This document shows, piece by piece, positions 56,865-64,000 of a DNA stretch of 64,000 nt (the stretch's first letter is position 1; every line of letters begins with the position of its first letter). The DNA lies in assembly GCA_963846575.1 (NCBI GenBank), contig CAWJWJ010000002.1, positions 1,216,001-1,280,000 on the forward strand, read 5' to 3'. The position numbers and the translations under genes were made by a program. The notes under the pieces are model-generated. The model saw nothing but the letters and a program-made list of their open reading frames with translations. It was not told where the DNA came from and did no database searches. The stretch comes from an uncultured Nitrospiraceae bacterium (GTDB taxonomy: Bacteria; Nitrospirota; Nitrospiria; Nitrospirales; Nitrospiraceae).

Positions 56865-58589
56865 GTGAATTCTCTCCTGCGCGTACTCTCCTACCTCAAG
56901 CCGTTCCGAATGCTGGCCGCAGTCACGTTCCTCTGCGCCGGCCTTGCCACGGCGTTGGAACTGGTCCCGCCCTACCTGATCAAGATCATCATCGACGACG
57001 TCATCCAGTCGAAGCGTCCCGAGATCCTGTCGTGGGTCCTGGGAGCACTGCTCGCATCGTACATCCTACGAAACCTGGTGAGTTCGATGCGGGTCCGGTT
57101 CAACAATCTGCTTGAACAGAAGGCCGTTCACGCACTACGCATGCAGGTGTTCGGGGCGCTCCAACGTTTGTCGTTAAGCTACTTTGAGAACCGGTCGACC
57201 GGAGAAATCATGACCCGGGTAACGAGCGACACCGAACATGTCGAGCGAATCTTCGTCGACGGCCTCGAAGGGTTATTGACCGCTTCGTTGACGTTGATCG
57301 GGATCATGATCATGTTGTTTGTGTTGAATTGGAAACTGGCGCTGCTCTCGCTGTTGCCCATTCCTATTCTGGCAGTCTGTGCCGCCTGGTTTACCCGGAG
57401 GGTCCATGGGTACTACGCGCAAATGCGCAAAAGCGTGGCAGAACTCAATGCGTACCTTCAGGACGCCCTGTCCGGCATCAAGGAAACGATCGGGTTCAAT
57501 CAGCACGAGTATGAGCGGAAGAGGTTTGAAAATTTGAGCCAAGCCTACAGCCGCAGCAGTTTACGCGCCATGTATTTGTGGTCCTGGTATTGGCCGGGCA
57601 TGGTGTTCGTGGGCAGCACCGGGACGGTGTTGATTTTGTGGTATGGCGCAGGAGAGGTCCTGGCAGGACATTTGACGGTCGGTGAGTTGGTGATGTTCCT
57701 CTCCTACCTCGGCCTGTTTTACACCCCGATCAACGAAATTCACTCGCTCAATCACATGTTGCAACATGCCTTGGCGGCCAGTGAGCGCGTGTTCGAGATT
57801 CTCGACACCAAATCAGAAGTCGAAGACCGGCCAGGCGTTACGGCGCCGGCCGAGCGGTTGAGCGGCGCGGTCGAGTATCGAGAGGTGAGCTTCGGGTACC
57901 GGCAGGACGGGATCGTATTATCCGACGTCAACCTTACGGTCAAGCCTGGCGAGCGAATCGCATTGGTGGGGCCGAGCGGAGCCGGAAAGACCTCCCTGCT
58001 GAAACTCTTGATGCGGTTTTACGACGTGGGTAGTGGCGCGGTGCTGGTGGATGGGCATGATGTCCGGGATCTACCGGTGGCGTTTTTGAGAGGTCAGGTC
58101 GGTCTCGTTCAGCAGGAACCCTTTCTTTTCAACGGGACGGTCCGCGAAAACATCGTCTATAGCGATTTGTCGGCCGGTCACGAACGCGTCGAGGCGGCGG
58201 CCCGCGCGGCCCGGGCCCATGACTTTATCACCCGCTTGCCTGACGGGTATGATAGCTGGATCGGCGAGCGCGGCGTGAAGTTGTCGGTGGGGCAGAAACA
58301 GCGGGTCTCCATTGCGCGGGTGCTGCTGAAGGATCCGCCGATCGTGATCTTTGACGAGGCGACGTCCAACATCGACACCGAGACGGAGGTGAAGATTCGC
58401 GAGGCCCTGAACGATCTGACCAAGGGCCGGACGACCTTCATCATTGCCCATCGCTTGGCGACGCTGCACGACGTCGATCGCATCCTGGTGGTTGAGCAGG
58501 GCAGCATCGTCGAAGAAGGCAATCACGAGGCTCTCATGCGCGTAGGAGGTGTCTATGCCGGCCTCTACGAAGCTCAGTTTAAGATCTAG
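56865..58589 (+). CDS. ABC exporter, TMD-NBD fusion (MsbA/MdlB-like)
   Basis: Six TM helices. GPSGAGKT, LSVGQKQRVSIAR, FDEATS, IAHRL. Confidence 0.9.
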   Translation: MNSLLRVLSYLKPFRMLAAVTFLCAGLATALELVPPYLIKIIIDDVIQSKRPEILSWVLGALLASYILRNLVSSMRVRFNNLLEQKAVHALRMQVFGALQRLSLSYFENRSTGEIMTRVTSDTEHVERIFVDGLEGLLTASLTLIGIMIMLFVLNWKLALLSLLPIPILAVCAAWFTRRVHGYYAQMRKSVAELNAYLQDALSGIKETIGFNQHEYERKRFENLSQAYSRSSLRAMYLWSWYWPGMVFVGSTGTVLILWYGAGEVLAGHLTVGELVMFLSYLGLFYTPINEIHSLNHMLQHALAASERVFEILDTKSEVEDRPGVTAPAERLSGAVEYREVSFGYRQDGIVLSDVNLTVKPGERIALVGPSGAGKTSLLKLLMRFYDVGSGAVLVDGHDVRDLPVAFLRGQVGLVQQEPFLFNGTVRENIVYSDLSAGHERVEAAARAARAHDFITRLPDGYDSWIGERGVKLSVGQKQRVSIARVLLKDPPIVIFDEATSNIDTETEVKIREALNDLTKGRTTFIIAHRLATLHDVDRILVVEQGSIVEEGNHEALMRVGGVYAGLYEAQFKI

Positions 58590-58670
58590 CGCGAGAAGGG
58601 TCGGTAGAATGGTTGCGGCCATCGAACGAAGGTCGGTATACTTTGTCACCAATCAGAGGATGTCATACCA

Positions 58671-58865
58671 ATGGTGCTGATTTACGAGAATGATCCGCTC
58701 GACAATGAGGACGCCCGAGGGCGTTTCTATCATGTGTGTCGTGGCCGTATTGATCGAACTGAAATTCAACTGCCCGCGGGTCAGTCGATCTATGAGTGCG
58801 GGGTTTGTGGAGTGGATCTGGAGCCGGAAGATTTTTGGATCGCGCGGCAGAAGGGGTCGGTGTAA
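58671..58865 (+). CDS. Small hypothetical protein with HxC...CxxC (zinc-ribbon-like)
   Basis: RBS GAGGA, putative promoter TTGCGG-18-TATACT (58613-58642), motifs YHVC and ECGVCG. Confidence 0.6.
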   Translation: MVLIYENDPLDNEDARGRFYHVCRGRIDRTEIQLPAGQSIYECGVCGVDLEPEDFWIARQKGSV

Positions 58866-58867
58866 CC

Positions 58868-59077
58868 ATGGCTGGAAGTGTAGGCCGAAAGACAGTATCT
58901 GTTTCACGTGGGCTCATGATGTTGTGTGAAACCTGTTACGATCAGGTGTATCACGAGAATCTTCCTGACGCCCGGAACTTTATCGCGAATCACGAAGCAT
59001 TGTTCGATACCATCTGTATGGGTTGCACCGACATCAATCGTCCACTGATCGATGACATGCTCGGCAGTTCGGAATAA
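58868..59077 (+). CDS. Small hypothetical protein with CxxC...CxxC
   Basis: ATG 2 nt after the previous stop (alternative start 58916). Motifs LCETC and ICMGC. Confidence 0.55.
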   Translation: MAGSVGRKTVSVSRGLMMLCETCYDQVYHENLPDARNFIANHEALFDTICMGCTDINRPLIDDMLGSSE

Positions 59078-59488
59078 CTGTCAGGCGGGTCTCGTCCCTG
59101 AGAGCTGTCACAAAGCACGCTCAGCTTCGACCCTCCCGGCTAAGGCGTACCGCCTGTGGGGCGGACCATGCCGGACGCCTCATTTCTCTTAACTTTCTTA
59201 CAGTACGCCACAGTTGATGGGGGGCCGGTTGGCCCTGGTCGCCTTTGATGGTGTTGTCCGGACTCCCGCTGAGAAAGCAACCATTTGCGGGGTTTCTTGA
59301 ATCAAGGCGCTTGACGAGTCTCGGAATTCGGCCGAAAATCTGCCCGTTTCAGAAGTGATGTGGTCGGATACAATCACCTTACGGCTACGGCAGGACTGAC
59401 CGAATGTCCGATGAGGAGCGAAAGCGGAGGCCCAGTTTGCCGCGCTCAAACGCTATCTCGAACGCGACAGAAGCAGGTCGATCGCGAG

Positions 59489-59935
59489 ATGCCCGGCGCC
59501 ACGCAGCAGGAAAAGTCTGCGACGATCGGCAGGCGATTGAGCGACAACCTGCAAGCCTCGCGTGAAAAAGCAACGCGTGAGACCCTTACCTCGATTTTGC
59601 GTGGAAAGAAATTACAGCGTGAGGCGAACCAATCTGATCGCGATGATTCCGGCGGGGGATATTATTCGGAGAGGTCGGAGAGTATTTATTTGTTTGTGGA
59701 TCACACGTTCCGCCACGAAATACGGAGCTTCAGTTCCGTCTCCGGCGGCGGGCTGTCTCTCCCATCGGAGCGCAAGAGTGTCTCGTCAGGCACCTGGGCG
59801 GTGGAGATGGTGGCAGGCGACGCGCATCTCGTGCTGAGAACGGACGAAGCAATTGTGGAGAGCTGGAAAACCCGCGACGGTGGGGTTGGAGTGCAGTACC
59901 TGAATGGAGCGCGATGGAACCGGTACACACTGTGA
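59489..59935 (+). CDS. Hypothetical protein (beta-rich)
   Basis: Protein-like composition (SGTWAV, YLNGARW) and putative promoter TTGACG-17-GAAAAT at 59311-59339. Start uncertain (59360-59489). Confidence 0.55.
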   Translation: MPGATQQEKSATIGRRLSDNLQASREKATRETLTSILRGKKLQREANQSDRDDSGGGYYSERSESIYLFVDHTFRHEIRSFSSVSGGGLSLPSERKSVSSGTWAVEMVAGDAHLVLRTDEAIVESWKTRDGGVGVQYLNGARWNRYTL

Positions 59936-60160
59936 CTTGTAGGTTAGGTCGTTCTAGAGGATACGGCTGATCGACATATCCCTCCTTCATCGATGCGTGG
60001 TGGTGGCATTCAATCGATTGGTCGGGGAGATCACGGAAGGGCTGGCAGTATCGCTTCGGACCCACGAGGGGGCTGGCAGGATGCTCCGGTCAGAGACTAG
60101 GCTGATCCCTACGAGGGCATGACGGACAGCTTTGAAAGCCCTCCACTCTGTCGGGCGCGG

Positions 60161-60490
60161 TTATTTACAGGCTTTCCCGTCGAAAATCAGGCAGGTGGAT
60201 TCTCCGGACTTGACCTTCCAGCTTTTCAGTAACGGGGGCTGGCCCTCGCGGGTTTCGACCACAATGTCCACCAGCCCGGATTGCGGCAATTTGTCCATAT
60301 GGGGTCGACCTGCTTCGGGTATTTCTACCCAAAACACCGCCCCGAGAGTCGAAATCAGAATGCGGCTGTTTTCGACGTCTACATTGATAATCGGACTGTA
60401 GTAGCTCTTCTCCGCGGCGGATGCGTTTCCGGAAAGCGTCATACAGCCAAGGAACAGAATGAGTGCGAAGCGCAAGAGGATAAGCCGCAT
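60161..60490 (-). CDS. Small exported hypothetical protein
   Basis: Signal peptide ending ASA-A, RBS GAAGGGAG, C-terminal Cys pair. Confidence 0.7.
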   Translation of the reverse strand: MRLILLRFALILFLGCMTLSGNASAAEKSYYSPIINVDVENSRILISTLGAVFWVEIPEAGRPHMDKLPQSGLVDIVVETREGQPPLLKSWKVKSGESTCLIFDGKACK

Positions 60491-60591
60491 CGATCGCTCC
60501 CTTCATGATAGATCAGGGCGCGATTATGCCATCGTTGCCGATCGATTGGTAGAGGGGGGAGCGCAGAATCGACGGACCGGTTGGGGGGAGA

Positions 60592-61104
60592 TCAGACAAT
60601 ATGGACGTCGGCGGGGCGAACCTTACCGCCGGTAATCCAATAGGTACGAATATCTGCCGCGGGGGCATGCATGAGCGAGACGAGGAGGTAGGCAGGGACA
60701 GGCAAGTTGATTCGCTGCCAGATCTCCTCATAGTCGGTGGCGATCTTGATGTCCGTGTGGGAAGGTCGGGCCGGGTCCTTGGGATGGGAATGGTACACCA
60801 CCTGAAGGTCGAGACCCTGCTTACGGATGTCCTTCTTGGCCGCTGAAAAGTCCTGCATGTCCATCACAAAGGCGATTTCGGCCCGTTCCTCCGGTGACAG
60901 TCGTTCGAGGTGGGCGACTTTATCATCGTCGAAGGTGGACAGCTTTTCTGCTCCTTCGAGGGCCACGATATTCGTGATGCGGTAGAGATGTGTCACCGCC
61001 TTGTTCGTGCCGGCGAGCAGCCCGCAGCATTCGAATGGAGCCAGTTCCCTGGCGTGGGCGACGATTTGGTCCAGTATGTGCTGCGGGATCGAAAGGTCTG
61101 GCAT
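60592..61104 (-). CDS. JAMM/MPN+ (Mec+-like) metalloprotease
   Basis: PFECCGLL and YHSHP...PS.TD JAMM motif. Lies in an operon with a ubiquitin-like sulfur carrier. Confidence 0.88.
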   Translation of the reverse strand: MPDLSIPQHILDQIVAHARELAPFECCGLLAGTNKAVTHLYRITNIVALEGAEKLSTFDDDKVAHLERLSPEERAEIAFVMDMQDFSAAKKDIRKQGLDLQVVYHSHPKDPARPSHTDIKIATDYEEIWQRINLPVPAYLLVSLMHAPAADIRTYWITGGKVRPADVHIV

Positions 61105-61105
61105 G

Positions 61106-61909
61106 TCAGATGGTGCAGGCGACGCTGTAATCCCCGCCCAGGTCTTTGATGGTCGGGGTAGCGCTGCACAGGGGGCAGCGCGGGTCTTTCGGTCGTGAGA
61201 CTTTGCGGAATTTCATCTCCAACGCGTCGTAAATCACGAGCTTATCTGCCAGAGTTTCGCCGATGCCGAGGATTTCCTTGATCGCTTCCGAGGCCTGCAG
61301 CACGCCCATGGTTCCGGCCAACACTCCCAGAACACCGGCTTCCTGACAATTCGGGACCAGTCCTGCCGGCGGTGGCTCCGGATAGAGGCATCGGTAGCAG
61401 GGATGACCGGCATGCGGCTTGATGGTCGTGAGTTGTCCTTCGAAGCGAAACATACTTGCCGAGATCAGTGTTTTCCTCGCGAAAAAGCAGGCATCGTTGA
61501 CCAAAAATCTGGTGGTGAAATTGTCAGACCCATCCAGCACGATATCGTAGTCTTTCAACAGCTCCAGAATGTTCGCAGTGTCGACATTCAGTTGATAGGT
61601 CTTGATCATGATATCGGGGTTGATGGCCGATAGCATCCGTTGACCGGATTCCACCTTGGGAAGGCCGACGGTCGCAGTGGTATGCAGAATCTGCCGCTGG
61701 AGATTCGATAAGTCCACCACATCGCCATCTACCAGGCCGATGGTGCCGATGCCGGCCGCGGCTAGATAGAGAGCTGCGGGTGACCCGAGACCACCGGCGC
61801 CGATGAGCAGGACTTTAGCTTTGGAAAGTTTGACCTGTCCCTTGCCGCCGACTTCATTGAGAATGATATGCCGGCTGTAACGCTGAATCTGTTGTTCGGT
61901 GAATTCCAT
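61106..61909 (-). CDS. moeB: ThiF/MoeB-family adenylyltransferase (E1-like), no rhodanese domain
   Basis: RYSRH, GAGGLGSP, DVVDLSNLQRQ, DGSDNF, CYRC, NCQEAGVLG, CPLC. Confidence 0.88.
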   Translation of the reverse strand: MEFTEQQIQRYSRHIILNEVGGKGQVKLSKAKVLLIGAGGLGSPAALYLAAAGIGTIGLVDGDVVDLSNLQRQILHTTATVGLPKVESGQRMLSAINPDIMIKTYQLNVDTANILELLKDYDIVLDGSDNFTTRFLVNDACFFARKTLISASMFRFEGQLTTIKPHAGHPCYRCLYPEPPPAGLVPNCQEAGVLGVLAGTMGVLQASEAIKEILGIGETLADKLVIYDALEMKFRKVSRPKDPRCPLCSATPTIKDLGGDYSVACTI

Positions 61910-61993
61910 GCGACCTATCTCTCGTCCTGCGTGAAACGTGACGTTCGTCGGTTTACCTGGGAAGAAGGGTCGCGCGACCCGTTGCGTCTAGTC

Positions 61994-62233
61994 CTATTCG
62001 ACCACGTTCAATTCAATCGGATCGACGACGCAGCCCTTGATTCGGATTCCATCGATGGCGCGTTCAATTTCTTCTGTCTCGCCGGTGAGTTCCAAATCCA
62101 TCCAACCGGTCGTCTCCCGCACATCTGCACGGCGCACGTTTGTGACGACCTTGAATTCATGTCCGATTTGATAAATGATCGGCTCCTTGATCTTGTTCTC
62201 GGGAAAACGAATGTGAAAGCGTAGACTGGTCAT
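61994..62233 (-). CDS. Stand-alone NIL-domain protein
   Basis: FP..IKEPIIYQI...VTNVRRADV...GWMDLELTG pattern typical of NIL domains. Confidence 0.8.
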   Translation of the reverse strand: MTSLRFHIRFPENKIKEPIIYQIGHEFKVVTNVRRADVRETTGWMDLELTGETEEIERAIDGIRIKGCVVDPIELNVVE

Positions 62234-62235
62234 GG

Positions 62236-62508
62236 CTATCCTCCGGCGATCGCAGGAACAATGGACACTTCATCGCCGTCCTTCAGGGAGGTCTCTTTTC
62301 CGTTGAGGAATCGGATGTCTTCCTCATTGACGTAAATGTTGACGAAACGCCGCAGGTCACCCTTGTCGTCGCACAGACGATTCTTCAAGCCGGGATAGGC
62401 GGCATCAAGCGAACCGATCATATCGACAATATTGGCTGCTGCGGATTCAACTTCTCCCTGGCCTTTCGTCAGCGGCCGCAAGGGAGTCGGAATACGAACC
62501 TTGATCAT
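62236..62508 (-). CDS. MoaD/ThiS/CysO-like ubiquitin-fold sulfur carrier
   Basis: VRIPTPLR, RRFVNIYVNEEDIRFL, C-terminal PAIAGG. Confidence 0.92.
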   Translation of the reverse strand: MIKVRIPTPLRPLTKGQGEVESAAANIVDMIGSLDAAYPGLKNRLCDDKGDLRRFVNIYVNEEDIRFLNGKETSLKDGDEVSIVPAIAGG

Positions 62509-63755
62509 GAGTCACCACCACCGTTCTTTCCCATTTTGAATGTTTTCTGGAAACTGACCAGGCTGGGCTGGATGCGGAACGGACGCCCCACGGCATCCAC
62601 GACCGCTTCCTGGGTCTTGAGCCCGTTTCCAGTAATATAGGCGACGGTCACGTCGCTCTTCTTGATCAGCCCCTGTTTCACGAGTTTGCAGAGCACACCG
62701 ATGGTCACACCGCCTGCCGTCTCGGCAAAAATACCTTCAGTCTGAGCCAGCAGTTTAATGCCTTCGACCACCTCCTCATCGCTCACGGCGTCCATCGCGC
62801 CTTTGCTCTCTGCCGTGGCTTTCAACGCATAGTACCCGTCTGCCGGGTTGCCGATGGCGAGCGACTTGGCGATGGTCTTCGGCTTGACCGGTTTGAAGAA
62901 GTCCCGTCCCGCCTTAAACGCGGTGGCAATCGGGGAGCAACCTTCGGCCTGCGCGCCATTGATCTTAGTCCGAACCTCATCGACCAATCCGAGCGCGTGC
63001 ATTTCGTGCAATCCCTTCCAGATCTTTGTCAGCAGCGAGCCGGAGGCCATGGGAATCACTGCTTGATCTGGGGTGCGCCATCCGAGTTGTTCGACAGTCT
63101 CAAAGGCCAGGGTCTTGGAGCCTTCGGCATAGTAGGGTCGAATGTTGATGTTGACGAATGCCCACCCGTGTTCACCGGCGATTTCGCTGCAGAGCCGGTT
63201 CACGTCGTCGTAATTACCCTCGACCTCCACCACATTCGGCTTATAAATCAGATTGCCGAGGACCTTCGCCGCTTCGAGGTCGGCCGGGATAAACACATAA
63301 CACTTCATTCCCGCTGCCGCCGCATGCGCTGCCACGGAATTGGCGAGATTGCCGGTTGACGCACAAGCCACCGTCTCGAATCCGAGTTCGCGCGCGCGGG
63401 TCAGGGCCACCGAGACGACCCGATCTTTGAACGACAGGGTCGGATGGTTGACCGTATCGTTCTTGATATACAGCTCATCCAACCCCAGGTAGGCGGCCAG
63501 GTTCTTTGCCCGCACCAGCGGCGTCAACCCTGCATGGGGTCCGATAAACGAGGTGCTCTCCACCGGCAGCAAGTCGACATAGCGCCACATGCTCTGGGGA
63601 CCCTGTTCGATCTTTTTCCGCGAGATCGTGCGTTTGATCTCGTCGTAGTTGTATTTCACTTCGAGCGGGCCGAAGCACATCTCACAGACATGGATGGCTT
63701 TGGGAGGATATTCCTTCCCGCATTCCCGGCACACGAGCGCTTTCATTTTTGCCAT
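62505..63755 (-). CDS. thrC: Threonine-synthase-like PLP enzyme with N-terminal Zn ribbon
   Basis: CRECG..CEMCFG, PLP lysine PTLSFKDR, ASTGNLA, EGSKT, TGNGLK. True start is ATG 63755. Exact reaction uncertain given the context. Confidence 0.8.
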   Translation of the reverse strand: MAKMKALVCRECGKEYPPKAIHVCEMCFGPLEVKYNYDEIKRTISRKKIEQGPQSMWRYVDLLPVESTSFIGPHAGLTPLVRAKNLAAYLGLDELYIKNDTVNHPTLSFKDRVVSVALTRARELGFETVACASTGNLANSVAAHAAAAGMKCYVFIPADLEAAKVLGNLIYKPNVVEVEGNYDDVNRLCSEIAGEHGWAFVNINIRPYYAEGSKTLAFETVEQLGWRTPDQAVIPMASGSLLTKIWKGLHEMHALGLVDEVRTKINGAQAEGCSPIATAFKAGRDFFKPVKPKTIAKSLAIGNPADGYYALKATAESKGAMDAVSDEEVVEGIKLLAQTEGIFAETAGGVTIGVLCKLVKQGLIKKSDVTVAYITGNGLKTQEAVVDAVGRPFRIQPSLVSFQKTFKMGKNGGGDS

Positions 63756-63768
63756 GGAGACACCTTCG

Positions 63769-64000
63769 CTACAAGTTACGTTGACCCGGAAGCGCACAGG
63801 TCGGCCCGACGTCGCCGTCTTCAAACAGCTCGGTAATCGTGGGCCGCTCACCGCACAGCGGACACTCGGGGTTCCGCTTGATGCGGATTTCTCTGAACTG
63901 CGTACGTCGCGCATCGAAGTCGAGGAGGCGATCGGTCAGCGGACGGCCGATGCCGAGGATCAATTTGAGCGCCTCGGTGGCCTGGATCGTTCCGATGATT
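63769..64000 (-). CDS. Second ThiF/MoeB-family protein, C-terminal part (extends beyond window)
   Basis: Open frame reads IIGTIQATEALKLILGIG...RNPECPLCG, the C terminus of an E1-like adenylyltransferase. Confidence 0.82.
   Translation of the reverse strand, partial: IIGTIQATEALKLILGIGRPLTDRLLDFDARRTQFREIRIKRNPECPLCGERPTITELFEDGDVGPTCALPGQRNL

Noticed and set aside
60039..60079. Two copies of GGGCTGGCAG 31 nt apart, and a possible small pseudoknot near 60110-60152
   Set aside because: Only two short copies and 5-6 bp stems, which is expected by chance in GC-rich DNA.

Overview
GC-rich bacterial DNA in two parts. The housekeeping gene set and style suggest Nitrospira or a relative; this is inference, as no marker gene is present. 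Positions 1-37280 are the downstream part of one co-oriented (+ strand) NRPS cluster of siderophore type. It contains the tail of a carrier-domain protein, a PvdE/SyrD-like exporter, a diaminobutyrate aminotransferase, an Ntn-hydrolase acylase, MbtH, a type II thioesterase, two Fe(II)/2-oxoglutarate beta-hydroxylases and four NRPS genes with 8 modules. Hand-read A-domain codes give ...Dab-Ser-Dab-Ser-(OH)Asp-Gly-(OH)His-Ser-TE. The first NRPS has a +1 frameshift near 13724. The cluster ends next to the 3' end of a tRNA-Arg(ACG). Positions 37580-64000 look like core genome: a Pro-rich repeat surface protein with a sigma54 promoter, an omptin-like beta-barrel, a Ski2/HelY-like helicase split into two genes in reversed domain order, glgC, potABCD, a CzcCBA-like RND efflux system, a HEAT-repeat protein, def, an ABC exporter, small Cys-rich ORFs, and a sulfur-carrier operon (two ThiF/MoeB, ThrC-like PLP enzyme, ThiS/CysO-like protein, NIL protein, JAMM protease). 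The most unusual items are the permuted split helicase, the predicted OH-His/OH-Asp peptide line with apparently deleted epimerase domains, and the ThrC-like sulfur-carrier operon.
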